In this document: positions 10,669 through 21,519 of the stretch, in pieces
Layout: each line of letters begins with the position of its first letter
Numbering within the stretch: the stretch's first letter is position 1
Virus record (IMG/VR): IMGVR_UViG_3300042453_004886
Coordinates: 64,001-128,000 of that record
Reading direction: 5' to 3' (one strand)
DNA from: a virus
Length of the DNA stretch: 64,000 nucleotides
Made by a program: the position numbers and the translations under genes
Notes under the pieces: generated by a model
What the model saw: only the letters and a program-made list of their open reading frames with translations
Told to the model about the DNA's origin: nothing
Databases searched by the model: none

Positions 10669-13287
10669 CTAAACTGTTCCAGTAGCAACTGTAAGGGAAA
10701 CAGGAACAACAGACCTGTGTAAACCAACCTTGATAAAGTCAGCTGGATAAACAGGTGTAAAGAAGATATCTACACGAAGAATGCCAGCAGCTGCCTGAGC
10801 TGGAGGATTATTTTCGTCGTCTACCTTGATGTCTGAGAAGTTTTCAATTTCTCCTGCAGACTTCATGAGATAAAGCAGATTTCTGAGAGACAGTTTGATA
10901 TTTTCTCTTAGAGCAGAGTTGTTAGGCTCTGACTTTGCAAACTGCAATCTTGCAAATGCGTTTGATCTGATGTAGTTGTAAGTCCTGCGAAGAGAAATCC
11001 ACTTCCAGCTGGTTTCCTTGGAAAGGCTGAGTCCATTCAAGCAGTGGAAAACACCAGTTACTTGATCTGGAATAATCATTTCTACTCTAGCTTTTGTAAA
11101 CTCATTGTATGAAAGTGTTCCAGGATTCTGAACGTCTACGGCAGAAACTCCTATAAAAGCAGGTGAGCTGCTTCGTGCTGCTGGCGATATCTGAAAAGGA
11201 GTCATAGCCAAGTGACCTGCGTAAAAACCATCGGGCGGCACGCTTAAAGGAGCAAGATCGTTTCTCTTGCTGTAAGAGCAGTGCCCCGCAACCATGACGG
11301 CGTACTTGCTATCCAAGTTTTGTGTAAGCTCTCTTGCAGCCGGTACTGAAAGCCTTCTATCAGCTGAAAGAACTGCAATACGTAAGCCGGTGACTTCGTC
11401 TGAGCTTTCAGCTTGAGCAATAAGTTCACTACGCACGCGTGGATTTGAGTTTCCTGATGCAATAATGATGTTTGCTTGATTCTGACCAAGTACCTTGATG
11501 GCCTTTACCCAGTCTTCTATCGAGGGATCTGGACCGTCGTACCCTCTGGTTAGCCTTCCATTAAATGTAGCAATTGAAGCGGACTTGTTTTCGGGGGTCT
11601 TACCAACATAAAAGATCCTGGCAATATCCGAATTCTTTGTAGCAACAACCATGGGATACTGACCATCATCAAGTACACCGTCATCGGTAAGTTTAAAAGA
11701 ATAGGGCTCAGAAATTTGATTGTCTGAGTAGTTATCCGAGTAGGATAGTACAACAGTAATGTTTCCATCTGTTCCATAGCTTACGTTAGCTTGGATATTA
11801 TTACCCCAAGCACCCTCAGCGTTTGCCTCAATCATGAGAACATCGCCGTTGACTACAGGAGCTGGAGTAAATACACCAGGAACACCTTTTGTATAGGTTC
11901 CTAGCTTGATTTCTCCTTCTCTGACCCTGTAAGTTGTAGCACCCATGCTTAGTTTTAGGGTTCCTGAGTTATCCTTGTAAGCATAAATAATTTTATCTTC
12001 TTCATTACTTACAACAATATCTAGATTGCCTAAAGAAAGATTGCCACTGTCACCAAGAGCAATTTCTCCACCTGTTAGGCTTATCTTTGTTTTCTTGTCA
12101 GCGTCAACCCCTTCTTTGGCTACAGTTGCAGTAATTTCAGATCGAATAAACTTGAAAAGCCTTACAGTTTCAAAAGCTCTTTTAGGTCCTTGAATAGCTC
12201 CACCCAGCTTGGAAATAGCGCCTGCGTTCAAGGCTTCAAAATCAACTCCAGGGGAGTCGATTTTTGTTTGCATGACCAAGTTTGTATCTACAGGAGTGGA
12301 GTCTTCGTTAGACACTCTTGTAACAAGAAATTTACTGCTGTCTCCTTCAAGGGCATCTTCAATACCCGTACGAATAAGGAGAGCTTCTGGATCAAGCGTG
12401 AGCGGCTGTAAGCTAAATCCAAGATGTCTGGCATTTGCATTTGCAATAAGAGCTTCTACAAGCTTTGGTGCATCAGTGATGTTCTTTTGAGTGATCGCAT
12501 CAGCTCCAAGTAAAACATGAATTCTTGCAGAGCTGTTTGCAGTAGCAGTTACATCAAACCTGAGAGAAATAGATCCGTTTATAAGACGAATTTCTGAACT
12601 TAATGAAGTATCCGCAGCAAGTGCTATAGTACCTCCAGCATCTACTCTAAGTAAAGAAGCCTGCTCAGCATACCTGATTGAGATTTTTGTATTACTCTGT
12701 GCAGAGTCATTTCCTGGGTTCTGTGGATCTATATTGTAGGTTCTCATTGCAAACCTGATAGGCATGTTCAAGGCATTTGGATTAGAGGTACGAATTGTTA
12801 CAATGTTTCCATCGGTGCTTACATCGCTAAAGTCAAATAGACCTTTTCTCATGACAGCTGCAAAATCGTTTGCAACGTCAATAGACTTGTCTACACCGTT
12901 ACCTACAAAAGGAATCTTGAAAGCGGTTGAGTAAACAGTTACAGTCTCGCTTACTCCAATGACGTTTGTGTTTTCAACGTCAAATTTCAAATAAGCTCCG
13001 GAGTTTAGGCCCGAGCCCATAACTCGAACAACACCAAAGTCGTTAGCGCCTTGGTCAGCAGCTGTTTGAATAGCAATAGAACCAGATCCGCTGCCGCTAA
13101 ACTCCCTTCCAGTTTTGCCGTACTTTTTAGCAAGACTGGCGGCATCAATAAGTTGAAATACGTTACGAGGCCCCTTTAAAAACCTTCCAACAACACCAAT
13201 TCTGTTAGTGGTTGCTGGCGAAAGTTGCCTTGGTGTTTGATCAATTTCTTCAAAAGAAATATTTGGAAAAACCAAAGGGTCTGCCAT
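10669..13287 (-). CDS. Contractile tail sheath protein
   Basis: 872 aa; N-terminal FEEID...IGVVGRFLKGP and C-terminal VPPDGFYAG..WKWISLRR..KVDDENNPP...GILRVDIFFTPVYPADFIKV sheath signatures. Confidence 0.92.
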   Translation of the reverse strand: MADPLVFPNISFEEIDQTPRQLSPATTNRIGVVGRFLKGPRNVFQLIDAASLAKKYGKTGREFSGSGSGSIAIQTAADQGANDFGVVRVMGSGLNSGAYLKFDVENTNVIGVSETVTVYSTAFKIPFVGNGVDKSIDVANDFAAVMRKGLFDFSDVSTDGNIVTIRTSNPNALNMPIRFAMRTYNIDPQNPGNDSAQSNTKISIRYAEQASLLRVDAGGTIALAADTSLSSEIRLINGSISLRFDVTATANSSARIHVLLGADAITQKNITDAPKLVEALIANANARHLGFSLQPLTLDPEALLIRTGIEDALEGDSSKFLVTRVSNEDSTPVDTNLVMQTKIDSPGVDFEALNAGAISKLGGAIQGPKRAFETVRLFKFIRSEITATVAKEGVDADKKTKISLTGGEIALGDSGNLSLGNLDIVVSNEEDKIIYAYKDNSGTLKLSMGATTYRVREGEIKLGTYTKGVPGVFTPAPVVNGDVLMIEANAEGAWGNNIQANVSYGTDGNITVVLSYSDNYSDNQISEPYSFKLTDDGVLDDGQYPMVVATKNSDIARIFYVGKTPENKSASIATFNGRLTRGYDGPDPSIEDWVKAIKVLGQNQANIIIASGNSNPRVRSELIAQAESSDEVTGLRIAVLSADRRLSVPAARELTQNLDSKYAVMVAGHCSYSKRNDLAPLSVPPDGFYAGHLAMTPFQISPAARSSSPAFIGVSAVDVQNPGTLSYNEFTKARVEMIIPDQVTGVFHCLNGLSLSKETSWKWISLRRTYNYIRSNAFARLQFAKSEPNNSALRENIKLSLRNLLYLMKSAGEIENFSDIKVDDENNPPAQAAAGILRVDIFFTPVYPADFIKVGLHRSVVPVSLTVATGTV

Positions 13288-13325
13288 ACCGTTTTCCTCC
13301 TAGCATTAGGGTAGCGAGTAGCCCC

Positions 13326-14576
13326 CTACTTGAACACTGCAAACTCCCTAATATTAGAAGATCCAAAAGAAATGTAGTGATCCGTAATAATATATAAATT
13401 ACCATTACTTGGATCAACCAAGTCAATATTTTTTACAACGGAACCAGCATTTGGATGTCCTACCCCGTAAACAAGTTTTGACATAGAACTATTCCAAGCA
13501 ACAGGTATCCAGCTGGATGTATCACTTGTGTCTAATAGCTTATTTGTCAACTTAGCCCCCGGACCAGGAATTTTATTAATAACAGTCCCGTCATACTTAA
13601 TTATACTACTAGATGTCTTATTAAAGTATACTGGAATATTTCCATTTTGTAGTATTCCAATAGGTAAAATATCTAATCTAATAAATGCTCTGTCAGAGTT
13701 TTTATCTTTAAGTGCATCTACTGAAAGAGGTTCCCTTGTTTTAGGGTCAACTAGCCTGTTGGTTGTTTTATCCCAAGTTACAGAAACTCCGGAAGGAGTA
13801 TTTAAAATAACAACTCCATAGCCCGTAACCAAAACATCATGTTTTTCAAGGTAAAAAACAGGAGCTCCGTCAGCCTGTAGCGATCCAATAATGGGGTCTT
13901 TACCACGAACCCCCTGATCCACTCGCCATTCTCTTAATGGGTAGTAGTGAACCTGCCACATCAACTCTGCAGTGTGAATAATCAGGCTACTTCCCGCATC
14001 CCAGTTTGTCGTAGGAAAATTACACCAAGTTACAAAAGAACTTTTTACCCACCCGTTAAGATTAAATAAATCAGTAGAAAGAATTAGTCTTACATATTCA
14101 ACATACTTTCTAAGCATACTTTCAGCATCGTTTGTTTCAAACGACTGCACAGAGGTTGTTGTTCCAAAAACATTGGATGGGTCACCTATAATTGTTGAGC
14201 TTTGCGGTAAAGTTCTCAGGCTGTAAGACAAAAAATCGAGTCTTATTTTAATATTTGCAGTTGCAGTATCTATAGCATTTCTTGGCTTTGTAGGGTCAGA
14301 ACCCATGAGACCATAAGGCTTAAAACTTATAGAAGTATTGGTAGATTCAGGAGTTGGCCTACTTGTTCCTTCATAGTTAAACGGGTAAACAGATAAAGTA
14401 AGGCCCGACTCTTTTAGTTCAACCCCATTAAAGTTTCTGTACTTCTTTACCTTAAGCGGAGCTCCGTTGTAGTTAATACCCGCTCCGCCGTTTAGTAGCT
14501 CATGCTTTGCAAGCTGAACAATGGTCGTTTCAATGATGTCATCTATTGTGGTGGGTACGCCAAATTGACGAATCAT
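13326..14576 (-). CDS. Putative neck / tail-terminator protein
   Basis: 416 aa directly upstream of the sheath; assigned mainly by synteny. Confidence 0.45.
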   Translation of the reverse strand: MIRQFGVPTTIDDIIETTIVQLAKHELLNGGAGINYNGAPLKVKKYRNFNGVELKESGLTLSVYPFNYEGTSRPTPESTNTSISFKPYGLMGSDPTKPRNAIDTATANIKIRLDFLSYSLRTLPQSSTIIGDPSNVFGTTTSVQSFETNDAESMLRKYVEYVRLILSTDLFNLNGWVKSSFVTWCNFPTTNWDAGSSLIIHTAELMWQVHYYPLREWRVDQGVRGKDPIIGSLQADGAPVFYLEKHDVLVTGYGVVILNTPSGVSVTWDKTTNRLVDPKTREPLSVDALKDKNSDRAFIRLDILPIGILQNGNIPVYFNKTSSSIIKYDGTVINKIPGPGAKLTNKLLDTSDTSSWIPVAWNSSMSKLVYGVGHPNAGSVVKNIDLVDPSNGNLYIITDHYISFGSSNIREFAVFK

Positions 14577-14577
14577 A

Positions 14578-16245
14578 CTACATACCCGTATCCAGCATGC
14601 GCTTGATCTTGTTTAGACCATCTTTCATCTGGGTAGAAGGATTGCCTTGCACGGCACTTGCGCCCCCAAGTGTAGAAGACTCAAGGTGAACTGTTTCTAG
14701 CCTTTCTAGGGCAATTCCAGATATAAGTACCGAGTCCTTTGAGGTGTTAAAGTTAGCAAATGCTTGGGTTAGTCTCAAATCCTTCTGAACAACTGCACTT
14801 TCAAGACCATCAGGCATTTCAGTTATTTCAAATAGAAATGTAACTTCAGTCTCGGCATCGGAAGTGTACCCGACAAAATCAAGCGCGGGTGTATAAACTT
14901 CTGTCTTTTCTGGGCCTACAAACACCTTTAGAGTAGGTATAACAGAAGCAAGAACGTTGTTCAAAGGACTTCTTCTGGTAACTTCTCCGATATTCTTTGC
15001 AACGTTTTCTACCAAGTTTAAAGCAGTCCAGCCCTCTTGAACTACGACTGTAAACTCACCTTTTGATGCAGATCCAAGATAAATTTTGTATTTTAAAACG
15101 TTACTGTTAACAACACTGCTTCCGTCTTTTTTATTACTCAAAGAGGCTCGACCAGAAGCAAGCTTGAAAGCCAACAAATCTGTTGACATGTGACATCCAT
15201 TGGTGGTTATTGGTAAATTAAAAGAACAGTTTTTAATGTTAGCAAATATAGTTGGATTGGCATCTGATGAAAGATCAAGATAGTTAGGACCATAACCAAA
15301 CAGAAGCCCAGCTACGCCAGGTTTCAGAGTAGTCCCATCCAAGTGAACTAAAGATGCTCCAATAAAAGAAACCGGCCTTGATGAAGAGTTTCTTGGTTGA
15401 AACTCAGACTCAACAACAGAAGCTGTGAAATTTACAGTAATATCTTTACTGTTGTGAACGATAGATTTAGATAAAGACTGGGCAGGCTTTAACTTATCTA
15501 TAGTTATGACTTCTGTAGCTGATCTTGTTCTATTACTGTCATTAGCACTTTGATCGGAAGGGCTGATCCAAGCAACTCGAGATCCATAGCTTTGAACCGT
15601 GAGCAGAGAAAGCTTTCTCATAATTGTAGAGGGACTATCCCCTATTGAAACGGGGATATTAAGCTTTTCACCGTCAATGTAAACAAAAAGATTTCCAGCT
15701 TGAGTCGCGCCTGTTACTGTTTCTGCAGTTGATTTTACTGGGTCAACTTTATTTAAATCTATATCCAAAGCCATTGCTAAAGTTTTGTCATCAAGGTGGC
15801 TATCAATTACCGTAGCTTGAATAGCACTAACAACGCCGCCTAAAACAGGACTTCTGATGAAGTTTTCAAGATCATCAAGAGCTTGCTTTTCAAGAAGCTT
15901 GGCGTAATCGCGCTGAGCATCGATCTGAGCAGCCAGCTGAGAGGTCATCATGGCACAGGCTAGCTTTGCAACAATTTGCCTGATACCTGTTGTAACGACG
16001 TCTACAGAAAGAACCTGCTCAAGTAAAATTTCTGCAGCTCTTTGAACACCAGGGTTAGAAAGATCTGTAATCTTACCGTAAAAAACATTTCTTCCAAGAG
16101 TATCAGTGGCAGTTAAAAGTCTGAACTTTACTCTTGGAAAAGCATGATTTGTAATATATGGGAGAACAGAGTCATCCCCTACATTTGAAAGAATGACGTT
16201 CAGGTTTTTAACCATCGATATTGTAGTGGCATCTGTAAATTCCAT
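14578..16245 (-). CDS. Putative head-tail adaptor with C-terminal extension
   Basis: 555 aa; N-terminal helical block (QIVAKLACAMM..DYAKLLEKQALDDLENF) resembles Mu gp36-like adaptors; lies between head and tail genes. Confidence 0.5.
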   Translation of the reverse strand: MEFTDATTISMVKNLNVILSNVGDDSVLPYITNHAFPRVKFRLLTATDTLGRNVFYGKITDLSNPGVQRAAEILLEQVLSVDVVTTGIRQIVAKLACAMMTSQLAAQIDAQRDYAKLLEKQALDDLENFIRSPVLGGVVSAIQATVIDSHLDDKTLAMALDIDLNKVDPVKSTAETVTGATQAGNLFVYIDGEKLNIPVSIGDSPSTIMRKLSLLTVQSYGSRVAWISPSDQSANDSNRTRSATEVITIDKLKPAQSLSKSIVHNSKDITVNFTASVVESEFQPRNSSSRPVSFIGASLVHLDGTTLKPGVAGLLFGYGPNYLDLSSDANPTIFANIKNCSFNLPITTNGCHMSTDLLAFKLASGRASLSNKKDGSSVVNSNVLKYKIYLGSASKGEFTVVVQEGWTALNLVENVAKNIGEVTRRSPLNNVLASVIPTLKVFVGPEKTEVYTPALDFVGYTSDAETEVTFLFEITEMPDGLESAVVQKDLRLTQAFANFNTSKDSVLISGIALERLETVHLESSTLGGASAVQGNPSTQMKDGLNKIKRMLDTGM

Positions 16246-16265
16246 GGTTACCTACCTGAATAAAA

Positions 16266-16311
16266 GACCAGCCGAGAGATAGCATGCCTTTCGGCAGAGG
16301 CCCGGCTGGTC
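16266..16311 (-). terminator. Intrinsic terminator after the capsid gene cluster
   Basis: Minus strand GACCAGCCG...TGCC-GAAA-GGCA...CGGCTGGTC followed by TTTTATT. Confidence 0.7.
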
Positions 16312-16320
16312 GTCATAGTT

Positions 16321-16689
16321 TTACTGCTTTCTGGCGCGAGGCTTTGCTGGAGCAGCCTCGGAAGAAACAGATTCTTCAGCAGCTGCCTCTTCTTCAGCAA
16401 CTACGGGCTCTTCCTTGGGCGCTGACTTTGACACTACCTTGGCTTCAACTTGAAGCTTTGACAGTTCAAGAGCAAGAGTCTCAAGAGAAAAGTTTACAGG
16501 GCTAAAGTGAGGAAAGCCCGATCCAGAAAAAGCCTGGAAATTTGAGTGAGCGTACGCAATGCCACCGCGCATAGCAAGGAGCTTTTCAGCGAGTACTGCG
16601 TCTTCAACAGAAACAAGATCGCCAACCATCAAGTGCTGACCAAGATCAGCATTGTGGTGAGCATGTCGTGTCAATAAAACAAACGTCAT
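16321..16689 (-). CDS. Hypothetical head-region protein
   Basis: 122 aa with an Ala/Glu/Pro-rich tail ending KPRARKQ. Confidence 0.65.
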   Translation of the reverse strand: MTFVLLTRHAHHNADLGQHLMVGDLVSVEDAVLAEKLLAMRGGIAYAHSNFQAFSGSGFPHFSPVNFSLETLALELSKLQVEAKVVSKSAPKEEPVVAEEEAAAEESVSSEAAPAKPRARKQ

Positions 16690-16710
16690 AAAAAGCTCCT
16701 TGCTTGCGAA

Positions 16711-17238
16711 CTATCGAACGCGGTGGGCGCGGATAGGATCAACAGCAGTCAACACACCGCCTACAACCTTGAGAGTTGCAAGCTTGAGTGAACGACCCTT
16801 GTAAAAATCGCTATCAGGAACAGCTGCAGCCATCTTGAAAGCACCTGCGGCTACACCAGCCTCAGGAACGCCAGCGGCAACCACATCCTCAGCGTCGCGA
16901 GCAACATCCATGGCCACACCAGCGGCGGCAACAAGACCACCGACCTTCAGCTCAACACCGGTGGTAAGTTCACCAGTAAGAACAGGGTGAGCATAGAGGT
17001 GATAGTGACCATCAGCAAGACCTGAAACATCAAGCTCAGCATCCGTGTTGGCAACAAGATCACCAAGAACAAAATCAAGTGAACGAACGTGAAAGTTGCC
17101 AATAGCTTCCTTCAGGCGAACAATGCCCTTGGATACAGCAACCTTACCGGCAGCCTTCTTGTAGGCAAGAACGCCTTCAACAATACCGGGCTCTGCAAAG
17201 CGAGAATCGAGAGCCCCCCAAGCTTCATTAAATCCCAT
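16711..17238 (-). CDS. Putative capsid decoration protein
   Basis: 175 aa, Ala/Val/Gly-rich, same GC-richer codon style as the capsid gene, directly downstream of it. Confidence 0.5.
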   Translation of the reverse strand: MGFNEAWGALDSRFAEPGIVEGVLAYKKAAGKVAVSKGIVRLKEAIGNFHVRSLDFVLGDLVANTDAELDVSGLADGHYHLYAHPVLTGELTTGVELKVGGLVAAAGVAMDVARDAEDVVAAGVPEAGVAAGAFKMAAAVPDSDFYKGRSLKLATLKVVGGVLTAVDPIRAHRVR

Positions 17239-17301
17239 GATTTAAATACTCCTTTTAAGTTGGGGGAAGTTTCCTTCCCCCGCCTCAACTCCTAAACCAA
17301 G

Positions 17302-18468
17302 TTAGGCAATAATGGTAGGGCCACCGATCTTGTTCTCAACTGCAGCAGCGCTGGCGGCTACGGTCATGATACCAATCCAATCGGGATACATGACGTAGGG
17401 AAGGCCGCAGTTACCAATCTGGACAGAGCGCCCAGGAGCCTGAGGAGGCGTGGTGTCGGGGCCAGAACGGCTCCAGAGACCAGGCTTACCATCTGGTGCT
17501 TCGCCAGGAGCAAATACAGTACGGCCAATGCTAAGGCCGGACTGCATCTGGTGATTCTTGGCCACAACAGCAATCTTGTGCTGGGGCCAGATCTTGTGGC
17601 GACCGACTGAACCGCTGAGAGCGCCACCGGTGCCGGTGATGAGGCCGTCATCAACGATCATGTCGAAGGTGAGAACTTCAAGACCAGCAATGGCCTTGAT
17701 TTCGCCGTTCTCCCAGGTGACGTGACCGGTGACGTTGCCAGCACCGCTGCCTTCGAGGTAGGCGCGAATCTTGGGATGGCTCTCGAGCATGGCCTTGAGG
17801 TCAGAGGTCATGATGATGCTGGTAGGAGGGGTCTTGGCAAGGTTCATCATGCGGCGACGCATCTTGATGATGTCAACAATGGGATTGGCATCGTCATCGG
17901 TCCAAACCTTGGAGCCATCGCCAGCCTGGAAACCGGGAGTTGTACCGACGGTAACCAGATTCTGTGAAGGAATACCAGTGTTAACGTTAATCTTCATGCC
18001 GGTGCGAGGGTCGGTGTAGTTAATGCTACCGAGAAGGCACTGGGCGCGAAGCATGGTCCAGAGCATGTTCTGACGAGCAACAAGCTGCTGCATGCGGTCG
18101 GCCACGATACGCATACCGTTGGCTTCGTTCATGCTACCAGGCTCACGCAGGTTGTTGATGACATCTTGAGGGAGGAAGTCTGACTCACGGATGTACACCG
18201 GGTAGACAGACATGCGCTCGACGCGGGTCGAGGGCTGGAGGGCGTCTGGACGACCGGGCTCAACAATAGGTGCAAACCCGAGATCCATGGTAACGCGCTC
18301 AATTACGATGGTGCGATCCATCGTGTACTGAGCAGGGAAAAACTGGGCAAGAGGATCACCAGAAAACTGCTCGAACTTCTTTGCGAGCATGGTTAACTGG
18401 GTACCACCCAGAGCTAGAATATCGACTGAGCCTGCCTGAGACCAGTCATTAGCAAAAGGCGCTGGCAT
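17302..18468 (-). CDS. Major capsid protein (HK97 fold, lambda gpE-like)
   Basis: 388 aa; FFPAQYT..APIVEPGRP..VYIRES..LRAQCLLGSINY pattern; follows the protease/scaffold gene. Confidence 0.88.
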   Translation of the reverse strand: MPAPFANDWSQAGSVDILALGGTQLTMLAKKFEQFSGDPLAQFFPAQYTMDRTIVIERVTMDLGFAPIVEPGRPDALQPSTRVERMSVYPVYIRESDFLPQDVINNLREPGSMNEANGMRIVADRMQQLVARQNMLWTMLRAQCLLGSINYTDPRTGMKINVNTGIPSQNLVTVGTTPGFQAGDGSKVWTDDDANPIVDIIKMRRRMMNLAKTPPTSIIMTSDLKAMLESHPKIRAYLEGSGAGNVTGHVTWENGEIKAIAGLEVLTFDMIVDDGLITGTGGALSGSVGRHKIWPQHKIAVVAKNHQMQSGLSIGRTVFAPGEAPDGKPGLWSRSGPDTTPPQAPGRSVQIGNCGLPYVMYPDWIGIMTVAASAAAVENKIGGPTIIA

Positions 18469-18497
18469 ACGGTTACTCTCCTTTTACTGGGCTCAGC

Positions 18498-20135
18498 CTA
18501 CTGGCCCATGCGCTCCTTAAGAATGGTTTCGTAAGCAAACGAGTTGCTGCTTACGTCGCCGCTGCTCAAAACCTGCTTGTTGCCGACCTGAGCAAAGTTG
18601 ACACGATTTTCGGCGGGAAGCTTGGCAAGCAGGTCGAGTACGACATCTGCAAGAGCGGCTTCGTTACCGTTCATCGAGAGCTTCTGGTTCACACCAGCAG
18701 TCTTGATGGCTGCAAGGGCTTCGTCCACAAGAACAGGGGGCACGCCCTCTGCCTTGAGTGCTTCAGCCTTCTGACTAAGCTTGAGTTCAGCAGCTTCCGT
18801 AGCTGAAACAGCAACCTCAGCAGCCATGTTTGAAAGCTGCTCGGTGGCTGAATCAAGCTTGACGCGGGTCTCGTCAAGCTTTGACTGAAGACCTGCCTTC
18901 TCCGCTTCAAGTGCGGAGACCGTCTGACTGAACTTTTGCTCAAGCTCGGCCATGCGAGCCAGGAGCTGTTCATTCATTTCTGGCATCGATGTACCCTCCT
19001 CTTGGGTCTTTACTGCCGAGGGGGTCTCCACCCCTGCAGCATGGGAACTCAGCTGTTCTGAAGGAGCAGCTGAACGGGGCTCAGAGCCCTGACTTAAAAA
19101 AGCGACGTGAGCAACAGAACCTGCGGGTTGAAGCGGAGGCATTGCTCGGAACTGACGGGTTTCTCCACCATTTTCATTGGACATGGCCATCTGAACCTGG
19201 TTAGCAGAAAGATTGCCAAGGTCTTCGCCCTTGACACGCTGACCGTTCTTGTAAAGTGCGCTAGGTGCAGCAGCACTTGCGGTATACTTGCCCTCTGACT
19301 TGCAGCCACATTCGCTCATGGGCTTTTCGCAGTCTGGGCACATGGCATCAGAAGCCATCTTCTCTTCTGCCATGCCGGCTTTTGCAGACATCTTCTCCAT
19401 GTCGGCTTTTGAAGACATCTCTTCCTCTTCAGGCATATCTGCCTTCATGGCGTAAGCTTCTTCTTTCTTCATGGGTACTCCGTTGTTGTAAACCATACTC
19501 TTTGACATAGGGGAGGCAGTCAGCTGCTGCTCCTGCTCCTCCTTGGCAATCGAGAAGAAATTTAGAAGCTTATCAATTCCTGTTGAAAGCTTCTGGAGAA
19601 CTGATGTAGTTTCTTCCTGAGACATGTCATGCTCCCTTTGATTTAAGACAAAGAAATGAATATCCTCAGGATTCTCACTTAGTACTTGATTCTGAGGAAG
19701 CCCCGGAACAAAAGGCGCATTGGTCAAAGCAACAGCGGTCAACAAAGTACCAATGTTGCCTCGACCAATTTGCTTGGAGTGTGCATTGCGGGTAAGCTCT
19801 GCACTGGAATAACGATACTTGCCTTCTCTAATTTCTTTTACAACTGTGGGATCAACTGCTTCGAACTGCCCGTAAAGAATTTCGCCTTCTTGAACAATAT
19901 TCTTTAAAAAAGCAGTGGCAGGTTCGCCATCAGTAGCACCAGGATAACGAGAGTGGCCATATCTAAGATAGGGCTCAAATCCAGCTTCATTGTTAGAAAA
20001 GTTTCTTTTGATCTCATTAAAGTCATCTTGGGTAAAAACAACGTACTTGTACACTGGGTGCTCCCAGGCGCCCAGCTTTGCTATTGGAATTTGTAGTGTA
20101 TTCGCTAATGTAATATTATACGAGTCCACTATCAC
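18498..20135 (-). CDS. Capsid maturation protease-scaffold fusion (Mu gpI-like)
   Basis: IAKLGAWEHP..YGHS..YRYSSAEL..LLTAVALTNAPFV protease domain followed by an acidic/coiled-coil scaffold region. Confidence 0.85.
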   Translation of the reverse strand: MIVDSYNITLANTLQIPIAKLGAWEHPVYKYVVFTQDDFNEIKRNFSNNEAGFEPYLRYGHSRYPGATDGEPATAFLKNIVQEGEILYGQFEAVDPTVVKEIREGKYRYSSAELTRNAHSKQIGRGNIGTLLTAVALTNAPFVPGLPQNQVLSENPEDIHFFVLNQREHDMSQEETTSVLQKLSTGIDKLLNFFSIAKEEQEQQLTASPMSKSMVYNNGVPMKKEEAYAMKADMPEEEEMSSKADMEKMSAKAGMAEEKMASDAMCPDCEKPMSECGCKSEGKYTASAAAPSALYKNGQRVKGEDLGNLSANQVQMAMSNENGGETRQFRAMPPLQPAGSVAHVAFLSQGSEPRSAAPSEQLSSHAAGVETPSAVKTQEEGTSMPEMNEQLLARMAELEQKFSQTVSALEAEKAGLQSKLDETRVKLDSATEQLSNMAAEVAVSATEAAELKLSQKAEALKAEGVPPVLVDEALAAIKTAGVNQKLSMNGNEAALADVVLDLLAKLPAENRVNFAQVGNKQVLSSGDVSSNSFAYETILKERMGQ

Positions 20136-20280
20136 TCACAACTTTCAGTAAACAAGACCTTTAACTTTGAACACTTAATATAACTCTAGCAGATAAAATA
20201 GTATTTGTAAAAATAATAAAATAAAAAACTTTAATTACAGCTACTAAAATTTTATGCTGTAAGTAGAAACCTTGCAAGCT

Positions 20281-20844
20281 CTACTCACCCTTATTGAGCA
20301 TCTTATTATAAATTCTAGCAATAAATTGACTAAGTGGAAACTTTTGTTTGAAATCTGTGGGCTCTTGTTCTGAAACAACAGACTCTTCAAACTGGATGTG
20401 AGGAACAACAGGCTCCTCGGGCTGTACCAATTCTTTGATTCTTTGCTTCTCGCTTTTACCTGCTGCTATAAGCTGCCTGGAAAGCTCTTTTTCAAGCTCA
20501 TTGAGAAGCTTGGCACTGATTGCCTTGGCTTCCTTTTTGTTGCTTGCAGCGGCAAATACACCGTTTGCAATGATAGAGGCAACAGACTTCAAGTTAGGAT
20601 TATCTTCGCTAAGCTCTGAAAGCTGACTGCTCAGGTTCTGAAGAACAGCAGGAGCAGATTGACTGATGACAGGATTCGAGCTTGATCTTGCTTGAACCTG
20701 TAAAATATCAATCTGCCGTTTCAAGGGTCTTGCCACAAAGCCAATAAAAAAAGAAACCAGCACAGTTGCGGTGAGTTCTACAGGATCAATTCCAAGTGCT
20801 TTAAAAACACCAAGAATAAGCGGTAAAGCGTGATCCAAACTCAT
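20281..20844 (-). CDS. Membrane protein (holin-like candidate)
   Basis: Two N-terminal hydrophobic segments (LPLILGVFKALGI; LTATVLVSFFIGFVA). Confidence 0.45.
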   Translation of the reverse strand: MSLDHALPLILGVFKALGIDPVELTATVLVSFFIGFVARPLKRQIDILQVQARSSSNPVISQSAPAVLQNLSSQLSELSEDNPNLKSVASIIANGVFAAASNKKEAKAISAKLLNELEKELSRQLIAAGKSEKQRIKELVQPEEPVVPHIQFEESVVSEQEPTDFKQKFPLSQFIARIYNKMLNKGE

Positions 20845-20853
20845 TTCATTCCT

Positions 20854-21330
20854 CTACTTTTCACCCAGCTTGGGGATTTGAACACCTACTCCTGGAGCAA
20901 TATGTAGCTGCTGGGTTTGCTTGGTTGTATTTACCCATACTTGCTGAACAGAAAGCTCTACAAGAGTGAGCAGCAAGGCCTGAAGCAAACCAAACGTGAC
21001 AAGATGTTTCCAGCTCAAATTAAACTGTCTCTTCTCGTTGAAAAAAGACTTGGCAACCTGAATAACGTCGTGGTTATCTGTATTGCTTTTCTTAAGATCT
21101 TCTAGTTCTTTCTTGATGACGTGTAGCTCATTTTCGTGGACAATAGCCCATGTCTTTAAACCACCTCTTCCGTCACCGTTTCCGTTTATCGTCTTCAAAA
21201 GATAATCAAGCGCATTTTTCATGTCGTCTTGGCGATCTTCAAGATTTTCAGTCAATTGAAGAACGCGCTCAAGTTGCCTGCCGTGTTCTATCGCCATCTG
21301 GAGAAGAGCATTATACGGGGGGCTATCCAT
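20854..21330 (-). CDS. Coiled-coil protein with one C-terminal TM segment (holin/XhlA-like candidate)
   Basis: Coiled coil with NGNGDGRGGL, then LVTFGLLQALLLTLV. Confidence 0.45.
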   Translation of the reverse strand: MDSPPYNALLQMAIEHGRQLERVLQLTENLEDRQDDMKNALDYLLKTINGNGDGRGGLKTWAIVHENELHVIKKELEDLKKSNTDNHDVIQVAKSFFNEKRQFNLSWKHLVTFGLLQALLLTLVELSVQQVWVNTTKQTQQLHIAPGVGVQIPKLGEK

Positions 21331-21519
21331 TTAACCCTCTCCTTCTAGACCTAAATCCTCTGAAAGTATAGGTCCTTCAATCTTGACCTTCTTTGATCGC
21401 TTTCTGCGGGTTCTAGGTAACATCTCGTTGATCTTTTTTGATAGCACTTCAAGCTGAGACTCAGCGTGCTTTAAAAGCTCTTCTACCTCTTCAGGAGATA
21501 GGTTTTTCTCAGAAGCCAT
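21331..21519 (-). CDS. Small hypothetical protein
   Basis: 62 aa abutting both neighbours, preceded by GGAGG. Confidence 0.6.
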   Translation of the reverse strand: MASEKNLSPEEVEELLKHAESQLEVLSKKINEMLPRTRRKRSKKVKIEGPILSEDLGLEGEG